Positions 1-12,834 of a stretch of DNA of 64,000 bases are shown here, in pieces. Source of the DNA: Oopsacas minuta (lineage: Eukaryota > Animalia > Porifera); the NCBI GenBank assembly GCA_024704765.1, contig JAKMXF010000312.1, positions 186,001-250,000 on the forward strand, in the 5' to 3' direction. The notes under the pieces were generated by a model that saw only the letters and a list, made by a program, of their open reading frames with translations, had not been told where the DNA came from and did no database searches. Each line of letters starts with the position of its first letter. Positions within the stretch are counted from its first letter, which is position 1. Position numbers and translations under genes: made by a program.

Positions 1-2187
1 AGACCCGTATTGGCTCAGAAGCTCACCGTCTTCTGTATACACGTTAATACACGGGTAGGATTTGTGTAGAACTATCACCTTTCCATGGTTCGTAATTGCA
101 ATCGATTTTGGGCGCCGTAATCCGCCACCCCTGCCATCTCTGTCACCAATAAATATGTGGTGTTGTCCCTGATCAAACACTTGTATTCTATCATTATCAA
201 ATTCACAGACATATAGCCTGAAACTTTTTGGGTGTATTTCAATCCCTTCCGGACTCATTAGCTCACCATAACCGGAACCACGCGTGCCTATAGTTCCAGT
301 TTGATATCCGTTATGTAGATATTTCTGTATTAGACAATGGCTAGGGATTGAGATGTAGATATGCTCAGATCCAATTGCAATTCCACCAACACTTACTCGT
401 TGAATTTGTGCATCTATTGGTACTATTAGAGGGAATGATTTGATTGTCTGAAACGCTTCATCTAATATTAGAATATTCCTGCTGGTTAACACGTAATAGT
501 GGTTTGTAAGTGGATTGAATTTGGCGCAAAGTGGCTTGTTTGAAATCTTTATATCCTAGTTTGGAATAGTTTATGGTTAATAATACCCAAAATTTCCATC
601 AACTACCGTAATATTGAAGCTCAAGGGATACCGCTATGATTACTTCGATATACCTGATGGTTAGTGCATACCAACTATCCATGCATTTGACCTATGATTC
701 AGTGGAAAATGGCGAAGTCCAAAGAATATATTGGATTTTCTGATTTTTCTCATAAAAGTTGGAAAAATTCATAGTTTTTGTATAAAATTTATAAATTCAA
801 GGAATTCGGGAAGTGTATTCAGGAGAATAGTTCCAATTTTCTGGATACATTTCTCGGCACAGGCCACACCCTAGCTACCCCTCTAGGTAGTAAGTATGTG
901 AATATATGTTACTTTGACGGTTTGGGACCATATTTGTAATATTTCAGACTTCAAGCGGGTATTTCTATTTTAACCGGAGGTGACTGTGTATGATTAAATT
1001 ATCGTTGGCCCTCAACCGTTCAATTTACAGTCTCAGATTTGTGACTGACTTTAACAACTTTTCCAGTGAACCATGTGACCATAAATTGTGCCACTCATCA
1101 GGTGACAAGTCCACATTACCTGATAATAATCCAAAGCTTGTTTAAGTCGTAGCCTCCCTATTGATCGTATGTATATATTAATGCTAGGCTTATCTATATG
1201 GAAATGTAGTTCCCTTGAGTGATAGTAAGCTTCCTCCTGTTTAATGCTATCGATCTTTGCTTTAACTTCTTGTATTTGCTTCTCCTTGAGGTCGTGGAAT
1301 GGTTTCTCAAAGTTTCGATGTTCAGCTTCTGTGTACATTTTACTGCCATCTGCCATTACTTTATCTAGAAATAATATTGAGAATATGTATAGCGTAGCTA
1401 TTGTGGAATAATTATGAATTCATTGTCCCGAGACACTATTTTCGGGAAGAGGACACTCTGGCTTACATCTTTGCAATTTTGAGGATATATAAGGCCAATG
1501 TTAGTTGGGAATATGTTTCAGTTCAACCGCCTGCATCTGTTTTGGCTACCGCACTAATATTGTCATTATTTCACACTTCACAACAATAGAGATCATTTCC
1601 CTTTTATAGTAGCATATTATATTCTTAGCAAATTTGAATTCTGTCATTTTGGGTTTTATGAATCGACCAATTTTCCGCTGAAACGTCACAAAATAATGAG
1701 ATAATTATAATGACCGCCTGCCCGCATGCAGGCTCAGGTGGATCTTATGAGGAGCTGAAACAAGTTTCTCACTAACAGTGGCCTAACGGATTTATAGTTA
1801 TTGAGGTATGGCCATTCAAATGGTCGAGCCAAGTGTATTCGTAGCATAAATAACTAAGAGACTATTTGTTATGTATACTACTGGGGAAAACTCCCACATA
1901 TTCCTGTATGTGTAATATTATTCCGGTTATAAGAACCTGTTTGTTACTCTCACAGGTTTTTATAACCGGCATCCACTATACTAACCGTGATATCGCTTCC
2001 ATTCCAAATATTCTCTCTTCAATCCTTCTACACTGTCTATCAACTGAATCCTTCGTTTATTAACCTCGTCCACAATACAATCGAATACTTTATTAATATG
2101 ACATATCTTCTCGTTACAACATGCCTCAAATGGCATTTCTGGTATCTCATAAATTGTATAGTCATCTCTGTCAAGTTGTGCCATCAT
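1..2187 (-). CDS. Coiled-coil + NHL-repeat (beta-propeller) protein, TRIM-NHL-like without RING/B-box; 3' end outside window
   Basis: Exons 2187-1986, 1364-1120 and 555-<1 join in frame through GT-AG introns. The last exon reads ...GELMSPEGIEIHPKSFRLYVCEFDNDRIQVFDQG...LRRPKSIAITNHGKVIVLHKSYPCINVYTEDGELLSQYGS, typical NHL repeats. The N-terminus resembles the B-box C-terminal coiled coil. Confidence 0.85.
598..986 (+). mobile_element. Degenerate M1 MITE interrupted by a ~230-bp insertion (~660-890), inside an NHL-gene intron
   Basis: Left half gaagctcaaggga..ttacttcgatata and right half ttactttgacggtttgggaccatatttg..ggaggtgactg are separated by unrelated sequence. Confidence 0.7.
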
Positions 2188-2414
2188 GTGTACTATTTAT
2201 CATATGTAGATATTCACACCTTTTGGATGGATTACTGTTCTTTTATTAATAAAATAGTTGGTACTATAATTGTCCTATTTCTCTATAAATATTGAATTAC
2301 TTGTTTGGCTAACTTTATGCAAAATATCATATTCCTTCATATAATATTGGTAAATAATCAGCTGTTAATTATCAGAATTATTTCACACATTTTTCTTAAA
2401 TATTTCATTAGAGA

Positions 2415-3692
2415 ATGCAACCTGCCACTCAAGCAATCTCAGAATCTGATTGGTTGCAATCTGAAATGTACAGATCCAGTCAGGACTCCTTTCGCCCCAA
2501 CAACCAATCAAAATTCAACTTTGGTGACACTCAAGAAGAATTTTTCTCCACAGAAAATGAGCAATTTTCTTCTTTCAAGCCAAAGAGGGAGCTCTCTAGA
2601 AGTGACTCTAAAATTGGTGTCAAAAAGAAAGTCAGGTTTGCAGATGATCAAGAAACCACTGTGCCATATTCTGACACCTTATTTTCTGATGATAAATTCG
2701 ATATGAATGCCACTTGTCCAATCGATTTTTGTCATGATTTGTCATTTGATGTCTCCCCAGAATCACTGATAGAAAATAGATCACTACCCCTGCCTAATGA
2801 CCAACAGAAAACTGAAATTGTGAATGAATTCGTCCCAAACACCGATCAAAAATTGAATTTTCAATTCAACGAAATAAATCACTCTTCGTTCAAGCCACAT
2901 TCCAGTGATAACAATAGTAACCATGGAAACGACAACCCGAATTATACTTATGTTATGCGAGAAGTGATTGTTAAAAAGGAAGATGACTTAATCTCTTATA
3001 CATACCAGAATAGTTACCATGACAACGATATGAATTCATCTTTACAGCACTCAATACTCGTAAATAATGACGTCAATTCTAATATTGTTTTAGAACAAAA
3101 AGAACAATTAGAAAACCGTAAAGCTGGCTCGGTTAATTTTGTGGGTAAACGAACTGAAAGATTGAATGGAAATTCTAATAATATCCATATGACTGAAACT
3201 TTTGCTAGCAAGAATAATTCAAATTTCTCAAGTAACACCTTTTTGTATGATGTTCCACACTTCAATATGAACAGACCCAATTCCACACAGAACTTTCCTA
3301 GCAACCAGTCATCACATCAGGAATTTGATACCAACAACTACCAATCTTCGCAACATTCCGAATTTGGCAATCCTTTTACAGAAAATTCTGATTTTCTAAC
3401 TTCTTCCCAACATTCTTTCTACAATAACCATGACGACGAATTTGTTCCCAAGGAATTTCCTAAGACAAATCTTTACAATACAAAGCTCAGCTATACTACT
3501 CCATACGAGTCTGACCAATCGAAACACGGTGTTTTCTCACCACCTGAGCCATCAACACCTCAACTAGATAGTTCTTATTCTAGTTCCGAGTTCACTCCTA
3601 TTATTTCTAAACTTGAAAAACAGCTTTCTTTGGATTCAATCGATTTCTCTAACATGAATTATTCAGAAATTAGCGACACAGACTATCTATAG
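2415..3692 (+). CDS. Hypothetical 425-aa intronless N/S-rich disordered protein with a KKVRF (RVxF-like) motif
   Basis: A 1278-nt open frame in AT-rich DNA, with ATG preceded by a T-rich tract and AG. No recognisable globular domain. Confidence 0.65.
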   Translation: MQPATQAISESDWLQSEMYRSSQDSFRPNNQSKFNFGDTQEEFFSTENEQFSSFKPKRELSRSDSKIGVKKKVRFADDQETTVPYSDTLFSDDKFDMNATCPIDFCHDLSFDVSPESLIENRSLPLPNDQQKTEIVNEFVPNTDQKLNFQFNEINHSSFKPHSSDNNSNHGNDNPNYTYVMREVIVKKEDDLISYTYQNSYHDNDMNSSLQHSILVNNDVNSNIVLEQKEQLENRKAGSVNFVGKRTERLNGNSNNIHMTETFASKNNSNFSSNTFLYDVPHFNMNRPNSTQNFPSNQSSHQEFDTNNYQSSQHSEFGNPFTENSDFLTSSQHSFYNNHDDEFVPKEFPKTNLYNTKLSYTTPYESDQSKHGVFSPPEPSTPQLDSSYSSSEFTPIISKLEKQLSLDSIDFSNMNYSEISDTDYL

Positions 3693-3860
3693 AACTCTTA
3701 GGAATAATTTATGTATCATATACCTTTAATACAACTCTTATTTCTTAATATTTGTTTATTTTTAGGATTCGTAAACAAATCTACGACACACTTTTGAAAT
3801 TTATCAGAATTAGATATTTACAATATTGAACAAACTCAAGACTTCTAAAGTTTAGAGAAT

Positions 3861-6800
3861 ATGTCAGGAATACCTTCTTTTTCAAACTTACAGAATCTAA
3901 CATTCCTTGACACCCCAGACGAATACGGTGCGGACAGTCAACCTTCAGACTATGATTATTCAGATTTCCCTCTCCGCTCTAAATCCCATGACTCTCATGC
4001 GGACCATGATTTCATGGGGTACAGGAGATCTGACAATAACAGGGTTAGTAAATGAATTACAGCTGTTTATGTTTGTTAAGTGTAATCTGATTGGTTCAAT
4101 TGGTTGTAGTCTTAAGAACAATTTTTATTTGTTAATTTGAATATTTTTGGATTAATTAATTATTTGTGACCCATAGGGGTACCACAGAGACCTCCCTCTC
4201 TTGGACTCAATGGCAGATAAGCTCGGAGAACTGAACTTCTCTATGACCCCGGGTGAGGAGGAGATGGGAGACGAGGACAGGAGAATGTCTGACTGGTCTC
4301 AACACGCTTGTGCCTATTGTGGTATTCATGATCCAGCTGCTGTAGTACAGTGTCTGCAGACTAAGAAATGGTTCTGTAACGGTAGAGGAAACACCTCGGG
4401 TAAGTGGAAACTTGTCATATCTAAGTAATCGGTTCTCAAACTGGGATTCGTTGACCTCTTGGTGGTTCACGGACGGCAACAGGGGGGTCTACATAGGTCT
4501 GGAACCACTGATCGTCACTTGTGCTTCAATTTATGACTATGTATTTTATCCGTACTTCTAGGAGCTCACATAATAAACCACCTAGTTCGGTCTAAATGCA
4601 AAGAAGTAATGCTACACAAAGACTCTCCATTAGGCGAGACAATACTAGAATGTTATAACTGTGGTTGTAAGAATGTGTTTCTTCTCGGCTTTATTCCAGC
4701 TAAAGCAGATTCTGTTGTTGTATTGCTATGCAGACATCCTTGTGCTAATCAATCTAACCTTAAGGATATGGATTGGGATCCTGTCCAATGGCAACCTCTT
4801 GTCTCTGATAGATCATTTCTATCTTGGCTTGTAAAGGTGAGAATACTTACACAGTAAATCAGCTGTTCCAAACCTGTGATCCATGAGGTCCACAGAATGT
4901 CATAAAATTGGTATAGAGGGTTCACGGGTGTATAATATCTAAGTTGTTAATACTTTTTTTAATGGATACGTATAACGTATTATACAACTCAGAAAAATAT
5001 TGGATCCGCTGCAGTAAATAAACAAACAATCATATAGATACCATCAGAACAAGATCAGCTGAGAGCTAGACAGATAAGTGGAGCACAAATAAATAAACTA
5101 GAAGAATTATGGAAAGATAATCCCGATGCTAAACTAGAGGATTTAGCTAAACCAGGGATTGATGATGAACCTCTCCCTGTGCAGGTAAGATATTATTTTA
5201 TAAAGAAATACAATGTATGACATAGCAACGGATTGATAGGTTAGGTATGCAGACGCTTATCTGTACCAGGGAATCTTGACACCTCTCATAAAGCTAGAAG
5301 CTGACTACGATAAGAAGCTAAAGGAATCTCAGACACAAGATAACGTTATAGTACGATGGGATGTAGGACTTAATAAGAAGAGAATAGCTTACTTTAACTT
5401 TCCTAGGGGAGATGGTGATATGAGATTAATGCAGGGAGATGAATTGAAGCTAAGGTGATAATTATAAATATTAATATAATTCACACATTTATCTACACAT
5501 ACTACAGATATTCAGGGTCATTACACAAACACTGGGAAGGAGTAGGCCATGTAGTTAAAGTACCAAACAGCTTTGGGGAAGAAGTAGGTTTAGAACTACG
5601 ATCTAGCATTAATGTACCATCAGAATGTACACACAACTTCTGTGTTGATTTTGTCTGGAAACGCACTAGTTTTGATCGTATGTTAAACGGGCTGAAGACA
5701 TTTGCTATAGATGAGAACAGTGTTAGCTACTATATATACCACAAACTGCTAGGACATGATGTAGAGGAACCTTTGGTTAAGTGTAATCTCCCTAAGAAGT
5801 TCTCTCCTCCTAGTCATCTGTTACCTGAGCTCAATCATTATCAGGTTAGTGGGTTGTTAACAAAATATATCCTTATACTACATAATGTATTCTAATAATG
5901 ACAGGTATATGCAGTAAGACATGTGTTACAGAAACCTTTGAGTCTCATACAGGGTCCGCCTGGTACTGGTAAGACTGTGACGTCAGCAGCTATAGTGTAT
6001 AACCTAATTAAGATGGGTAAAGGACCTGTATTGGTTTGTGCTCCTTCTAATATAGCTGTAGATCAGCTGACTGAGAAAATACACAGGTTAGTTGTATGTA
6101 CAAACAGCTGATAAGTCTATGATAATAATTTTAATATTTAGATGTGATTTGAAGGTTGTAAGACTTTGTGCTAAGAGCAGAGAAGCAATAGATTCTCCTG
6201 TAAGCTTCCTAGCACTACACAATCAAGTTAGGAATAATACGTCATGTCCTGAAATAATTAAGCTAATACAGCTGAAAGATGAACTTGGTAAGTTACTACA
6301 TTACAACAATGATAATCTACACTCTCTAGTTATTATATTTTGGTATTTATAGGAGAGCTATCAGCTGTTGATGAGAAGAGGCATGCTAACCTTAAGCGTC
6401 AGGTAGAGAAAGAGTTATTACAGGAAGCAGAGGTTATATGTTGTACCTGTGTGGGAGCAGGAGACCCTAGACTCGGGAAGTTCAGATTCAAAACAGTCCT
6501 CATAGATGAGAGTACTCAAGCTACAGAGCCTGAGTGTATGGTTCCTATAGTACTAGGTTCTAGACAGGTGTGTTATTGGTATACATTAGGACAGCAGTTC
6601 CTAACCTATACATTGATGACAGGTGAAAATGGTTGTGACCCTTGGCATAAAGATATATCTATCTTAATACTCTACAGATTATATATATTACTTGTACTTA
6701 GGTTATCCTGGTAGGAGATCATTGTCAACTAGGACCAGTAGTTATGTGTAAGAAAGCAGCTAAAGCAGGACTCTCTCAATCTCTATTTGAACGCTTGGTT

Positions 6801-8364
6801 ATACTAGGACTCCGTCCTATTAGGCTAATGGTACAGTATAGAATGCATCCAGCTCTCAGTTTATTCCCTTCTTCTGTATTCTATGATGGTACGCTACAGA
6901 ACGCTGTATCAGCTGGTGACAGGAGAGTTGATCATATTGACTTTCCCTGGCCTGATATAGACAAACCTACATTCTTCCTACACACCCTAGGTAAATAGTA
7001 AATACACTATACTATTATTAGTAGGGAATATCGGTTAATACGGAACTTGTATTTACTAGGACAAGAAGAGATATCATCTAGTGGTACTTCCTATCTGAAC
7101 CGTACTGAAGCTGCTAACGTAGAGAAAGTAGTTACTCGTCTCCTCAAATCAAAAGTCCCGCCTGATGCTATAGGCATAATAACCCCTTATGAAGGACAGC
7201 GGGCATATGTTGTGCAGTACATGCAATTTAATGGTTCTATGCCTCAGAAAATGTACCAGGAATTAGAGGTTGCTTCTGTAGATGCTTTTCAGGGTAGAGA
7301 GAAGGATTTCATTATTCTATCTTGTGTGAGAGCTAATGAACATCAAGGAATAGGATTTCTTAACGATCCTAGGAGACTTAATGTAGCTCTTACAAGAGCT
7401 AAGTATGGTGTTATCATTATTGGTAATGCTAAGGTTTTGTCTAGACAGCCTCTATGGCATAAGCTGCTCAAGGATTCACAGGATCAAGGGCTGTTAGTTG
7501 AAGGGCCACTCAATAGTCTCAGAAGGTCAGCTTGAATTTTACAATGTTTAGCCCAATACTTTACTTGTTATCAATATACACAGTTGATCCGCCCATTAGC
7601 AAATCGTATTTTGCAAGAAGTCCCAGAAATACTTGCTATTAGGCGAATGGCTGTATTAATAATGTTTCTACGCATTTAGATGTGAGATGCATCTCTCTAA
7701 GCCATCTAAGCTCTACAATAAACAGAATCCAGGAGGACACTTCATGTCACAGACAATGTACAATGCTAAAGAAGTACTAACACCAGGTCCTTCATATGAA
7801 GTACCAGAACCTTTCCATGACGATTACTATGCTACACATGATCATCAAGGTTATATCGGTACAGACAGAGCTTCTACTGCTGCTGCTGCTAGTATGCATA
7901 TTCCAGTCAGTATGTTCGTGCAGCCCACACCTACTCCTCACCACCAGAGGGTTCACAACCCGTCTAACTATTTCCCAATACCTCCACATCCCTATATAAC
8001 AGGTGAGAACAGAAATGATAATAGACTTGATTCAGCTCTCATATACTTCCATTATTCTGAACATGCTGTGGTTTTATGTTATGTAGGTATAGATCCAGGC
8101 ATTCCACATCACCTAACTAGTAACTCAGAAGGATCTCAACCTCTTTCTCAAAGATCTGGTAGTCTCAGTCAAGCCTCTCATCTCCTATCTCAATCAGATC
8201 TTTCACAGGTATATAGTAATACTTTTGTACGTGTATGGTAATAGAATATTGTTATAATCTAGGATTCATTCACATCAGAAGACTACAGAATGATGGGAGA
8301 CAGTTATCTGTCTCAAGATTCACAGCCTGCTTTTGATCTCCCACGTTCCAGTTTATTTACATAG
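3861..8364 (+). CDS. UPF1: Regulator of nonsense transcripts 1 (UPF1 RNA helicase), multi-exon
   Basis: N-terminal LTFLDT..GADSQ; CH domain ([49 protein letters not shown]); Walker A GPPGTGKT; IDESTQ; [11 protein letters not shown]; [11 protein letters not shown]; SQ-rich tail; stop at 8362-8364. Confidence 0.97.
4426..4510. mobile_element. Short hAT/Charlie-like MITE family M3 (ends resemble CAGTGGTTC..AAAC)
   Basis: ggttctcaaact...ttggtggttcacggacggcaacaggggg...ggaaccactg. Relatives near 4860, 23817, 43745, 53036, 56755 and 57840. Confidence 0.7.
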
Positions 8365-8690
8365 TAAATCAGTATACATTCCATTACCCAGAAGTGTTTC
8401 CAAGGAGATGACAATACCGGGTAGCTATACTCCCCCAGGATGTTAGAACTTATTGATTTCTAAACTTTATCCTCTCTCATTCAGTTTTGTTCCTATCAAA
8501 CAAGCTAGACTGTATCTCATTGATATATAAAACTGAGTCTTAACTTCTATGGCATTAGTAGTTTAATATATAAATATCGAAAATATTATGAGTAAGAAAT
8601 CAAATTCTAAAACCTCTATTCTAACGTGAAGAGGTAAAACTAACAAAGTGATAATAATAATAATAATAAAATAAGGCTAGTAGGGATAGC

Positions 8691-11033
8691 TTAAAAAACG
8701 ATCAGTAAAGCTAGCATCGACATCAGCAGAGAGAGGATGCTTACTTGAATAGTTTCAGCTTGATTAGGATTGAATTGGAGTTTCTCGTAAAACCCTGAAT
8801 TGAATATGTAATTAGTACACATAGTCAACTCGTCTGGGGCTGGATTATGTCTGTTAGAAGCTTCCTCAATCAGTATAGCCATACCCTGTATTTGATGTAT
8901 TTCTATGTGGCAATGTGCAAACCAATAACCTGGATTATCCGATTTGAAGTTGAGAACCACATATCCACCAGCTGGTATAATTACGGTATCTTTACGAGGT
9001 GTTTTGGAGGAAATGTTCAGAAGAGGACTTGGATCACTCCATGATGGATTTGTACATGTCATTGTCCGCTCTGTACACTGACCAGTGACATTAGGCAGTT
9101 GTAGAAGTTGATTACAATCAATGTCTGGATTTTGTTCATTAACATAACCGTTTCTATCATAATAAGATGGGTACCCTACCTTCAATACTTGGAAGGTGTG
9201 TCCATGAATATGCATTGGATGTGAGTTTAAGAATCTTCCTTCAGCACTGACAACTATTTGAACGGTTTTATCGTAATCTATCTCAACCTGATGCGTGCAG
9301 ATACATCCGTATTGATTAGAGGGATGTGCGCTACAATCTTGATTATCATCACAAACATCTGAATATTGTCCAAACTGTGTTTGCTGTACTTGAGGTGGGT
9401 AGGGGGGAAGAACGAACCTCCTGCCATTAATCGATCCACTAAATCCCTCTCCTTCAAAATTAAGATTCCAGAAGAACAGGTGATCGTTGTCAGTTGCGTA
9501 GGCTTCAGGCAGATCTTCAGCTGGGGTTTCTATCAGTAGTCGGAAATTATCAACATTTATGCAATCTATCCCATAAGAAGTATGAAAATTTTCGAATGGA
9601 CAGTTCACTGCTCTACACCTAGGTCCCATGGTACAATTTCTCATAGGAGAGTTCATACTGATACTCTCATAGGAAGTAGATGGCACTCCGTTATCCATTG
9701 GTGCTGTCTCGTAATGGAGAATAGCTTCAGTGTAATGGTTAAGAGAAGGGAACGGTGCATTAGCGAAACAGTCAGGTTCTGCTTCAAGTGTTTCAATGCG
9801 TATTATGTAATTGGAAATTACAGCAGTTGCGTTGAGAAGGAAATCGTATCTCTCTCCAGAATGAATGATTATGTAATTAACCTCTTCAATAGGTTCTATG
9901 AAGTAGCTGTCTGTAGCAATCGTGGTTAGATTGTGTCCGTCAATTGAGAATCTGAACGCGTACAATGACTGAGCCCCGATTAACCTGAACCTGTACACAT
10001 TCCCTCGTTCTACCCTGAACTCTGATAACCTACTAGATATATAAGGGACTGATTCTTCCCTTCCTAGCCCGTTAATCAGCGACGAGAAATATGGGGCTGG
10101 TCCTACTTCACCGCCATCATAGCTAAAGGTAGATGAGTAGGTCGTGTCGGTGCTCATTGGCACTTCATAAACTGGTATATCTGGATAGAATCTTAAGCCT
10201 GGATTGGCAATCTCAATATCATCAATGCTTGTAGACTCAAACCAATCACTAATAACAATTGTATGTCTGTCAGGATAATCTAGAAATGGACCTACACCCA
10301 AGCTCTCAAACGCTTCCGCTACCTCTGTCTTTGTCTTATTGTTCTCTCTGACTATAATACCACCAAACATTCCATCTGCTCTCTGAGTACCTGTATGTGA
10401 ATGGTACCAGAAGGTCCCAGGTACTGTTCCAACGAATGCATACGTGAAGGTTGTTGATGGTGCAATTGAACATTGTGTAATCTGTCCTACACCATCCATC
10501 CAGGGAGTATTGAATTGTTCAATTCCATGCCAATGAATGCTAGTTGCCTCATTTGTTAGTCCATTGACTATATGTGCGATTAGAGTGGCATCTTGATCCA
10601 TGATAATGGTAGGAGATGGTATTACACCATTCAGTGTGTATACTACTTTATAGTTCTTGCCATCTACCCAATTAGGCGTAATACAGAATGTGCTGTTGTC
10701 TATATAATTCTTGCAAGTGGAGTTTATTACCGGTATTGGTTCTCCGGTAACGTTATCCAGGTTGTATACGGTTCCTGCACTCCCTAAGATTTGGTTAGGT
10801 TTTACCCCAAGCACTTGATAGCTAGCGAATGTCTTGATTTGAGTAGCAGTCATTGTTAGCTCACATTCATCGTATCCAACCTCACACTCACACACTCTAT
10901 CTCCCCAACCACACTCTACCACACAGCGTTTCTTTCCATCGACTATTTCTGTGGATTGACAAGTAGCACTGACTGTAGTTATCCACGTTATGTAGAGCAA
11001 TACGAGGAGTAATACTTCTCTGAGTACTCCCAT
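8691..11033 (-). CDS. Laccase-type three-domain multicopper oxidase, 780 aa, signal peptide and C-terminal hydrophobic (GPI/TM) tail, single coding exon
   Basis: Cu motifs IHWHG, WYHSH, HPMHIHGH and HCHIEIHQIQGM (axial Met). Likely start MGVLREVLLLVLLY at 11033, just after an acceptor CAG; a GTGAGT donor lies near 11168. Confidence 0.95.
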   Translation of the reverse strand: MGVLREVLLLVLLYITWITTVSATCQSTEIVDGKKRCVVECGWGDRVCECEVGYDECELTMTATQIKTFASYQVLGVKPNQILGSAGTVYNLDNVTGEPIPVINSTCKNYIDNSTFCITPNWVDGKNYKVVYTLNGVIPSPTIIMDQDATLIAHIVNGLTNEATSIHWHGIEQFNTPWMDGVGQITQCSIAPSTTFTYAFVGTVPGTFWYHSHTGTQRADGMFGGIIVRENNKTKTEVAEAFESLGVGPFLDYPDRHTIVISDWFESTSIDDIEIANPGLRFYPDIPVYEVPMSTDTTYSSTFSYDGGEVGPAPYFSSLINGLGREESVPYISSRLSEFRVERGNVYRFRLIGAQSLYAFRFSIDGHNLTTIATDSYFIEPIEEVNYIIIHSGERYDFLLNATAVISNYIIRIETLEAEPDCFANAPFPSLNHYTEAILHYETAPMDNGVPSTSYESISMNSPMRNCTMGPRCRAVNCPFENFHTSYGIDCINVDNFRLLIETPAEDLPEAYATDNDHLFFWNLNFEGEGFSGSINGRRFVLPPYPPQVQQTQFGQYSDVCDDNQDCSAHPSNQYGCICTHQVEIDYDKTVQIVVSAEGRFLNSHPMHIHGHTFQVLKVGYPSYYDRNGYVNEQNPDIDCNQLLQLPNVTGQCTERTMTCTNPSWSDPSPLLNISSKTPRKDTVIIPAGGYVVLNFKSDNPGYWFAHCHIEIHQIQGMAILIEEASNRHNPAPDELTMCTNYIFNSGFYEKLQFNPNQAETIQVSILSLLMSMLALLIVF

Positions 11034-11884
11034 AGCTGTAGATACAAAATATATATCAAATATTAACTTCTCAATTAGCGTATACGTACATATTAACACT
11101 TTTAATTTTCTTGTGTTTTCTCGCGTGGAATATCTTATTAGCAATCAATAGTTATATAGAATACTCACCCGGAAACATGTATTAGCAACTTAAGCAATCT
11201 CAAAGCACATTTGTACGTATTTACGGAATTTGGGTGTCTAAATGAAGCCTAAAAATCTCGGAGAAATATTTTTCAAATCACTTACGCATACTGACTGGGT
11301 CCTTTGATGGGTGTTGATGATAGCATTCTTGATAAATATTTCAGTAAACAAGAGCTCTTCTAGCCATATAGGATTTGTTCTTTTTTGCCCAGAAATGCTG
11401 TTCCCCCCAGAAAATTAATCTGATACACTGAATTAGGGAACTACAGCTGTTTCTGACACCTATGGAGGAACTATTTACGCTAATTTCTCTAATTAGTTAT
11501 TCATTTTGAGACAGAAAATCTAATCAGATTGGAAAATAAAAAAATCTCAGAGGGGGAGGGGCTATGAAAGGTCAGGGGCCAAAATATCGTGACAACCTCT
11601 GGTGTGACTTTCTTCAAGTAGAATTTGGTTATTGAAATGTCTGTTCCGTTCAGCTTTTTTCTTTTGTGATTATGCCCTCAAAATTCTTGAATTTTGTTTT
11701 CAAGTGAATATTCTTCGTGTCATCGTTGTGGTTTTGTTATTGAGAGTAACAAGCTAGTGACGCTAGTGAGAAAATATTTGTAGGTATTCTATTTACATTT
11801 ATAGAAGGTATTAACCGCCAGAATCTTGTCTCTTGTTGAGTTACTCATTCTTAAGTTTTATATCAGGTGTTTTACTGCACAATT

Positions 11885-12580
11885 ATGGCGAACTATCAAC
11901 AATTTGTTGATAACATCGGGGAAGGAAGGATTGTCCCAGCTTACTACAAGCTACTCTCTGACATCAATTATTGTATCGGCGTATTTGAACGTTTGGAAAC
12001 TAATCGGACTTATTCTGAAATGTGGTATGATTGGTATGATGGGAAGAGAGGTCAAATCGATGTAGAAGGGTTCTCGGGAGCTATGAACACCTTAATGCAA
12101 GAGATATATTTAGGACTGACGCTGTACCTTGATTTGTCATATAAAGTGAAATATATGCAAACTTCTCAAGAATCTAAGCCTCAACCAGTGACACACTCTG
12201 AAGGAAGTACTCCACTCTGGGGGACTCAACAAGAATTGATGCACCAATTTGAACAGCTGGTAACTGCTATTAAACATATTGTAGTCCCGGACAAATCGCA
12301 ACCATGGTATCAGTTTTTCATGACTCTGGTGATGACAATAGTGAGGTACATAGTGACCCATGAATTGAGCTATCGTGCCAAAATGTACAAAATTATAAAG
12401 GAACTTTACCTGAATCTCAATCAGGGTGGTGTATTGGAGGTGTTAAGAGATAATCATAGGACCGTGAAAGAGCTGATACTAAATGTTGCTCCAGAGGCTG
12501 ATTTATCGGACGTGTTAAGAGAGCATAAGATCGTGACAGAGCTGATACTAAATGTTGCTCCAGGGGCTGATTTATCTTAG
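11885..12580 (+). CDS. Unknown family, member A1 (231 aa)
   Basis: Intronless ORF starting MANYQQF, preceded by an acceptor AG at 11865-66. The open frame is conserved in paralog A2, and the ETNRTYSE..DW motif is shared with the B genes. Confidence 0.8.
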   Translation: MANYQQFVDNIGEGRIVPAYYKLLSDINYCIGVFERLETNRTYSEMWYDWYDGKRGQIDVEGFSGAMNTLMQEIYLGLTLYLDLSYKVKYMQTSQESKPQPVTHSEGSTPLWGTQQELMHQFEQLVTAIKHIVVPDKSQPWYQFFMTLVMTIVRYIVTHELSYRAKMYKIIKELYLNLNQGGVLEVLRDNHRTVKELILNVAPEADLSDVLREHKIVTELILNVAPGADLS

Positions 12581-12834
12581 ATCTAGCTTAAGGTTAGAAA
12601 TCTATTGTATTCTTACTACTCCTAAATGTATATACAAACTTTCCTATTTTACCTAAAACTTCTCTCTTAATTTTCGATGTAATTTGCTTGGCTAGAGGGC
12701 AGGGGTATATTTGAAGGGGACTCTAGGGGCTCCCATGAGGACTAGTTGGTGTGTGCTCTATTTACCTATTTAAGACCTCACTAATGATAGCAATAGGATA
12801 CTTTACACTTGATTGTTTAAAACAAACTAGAGTT

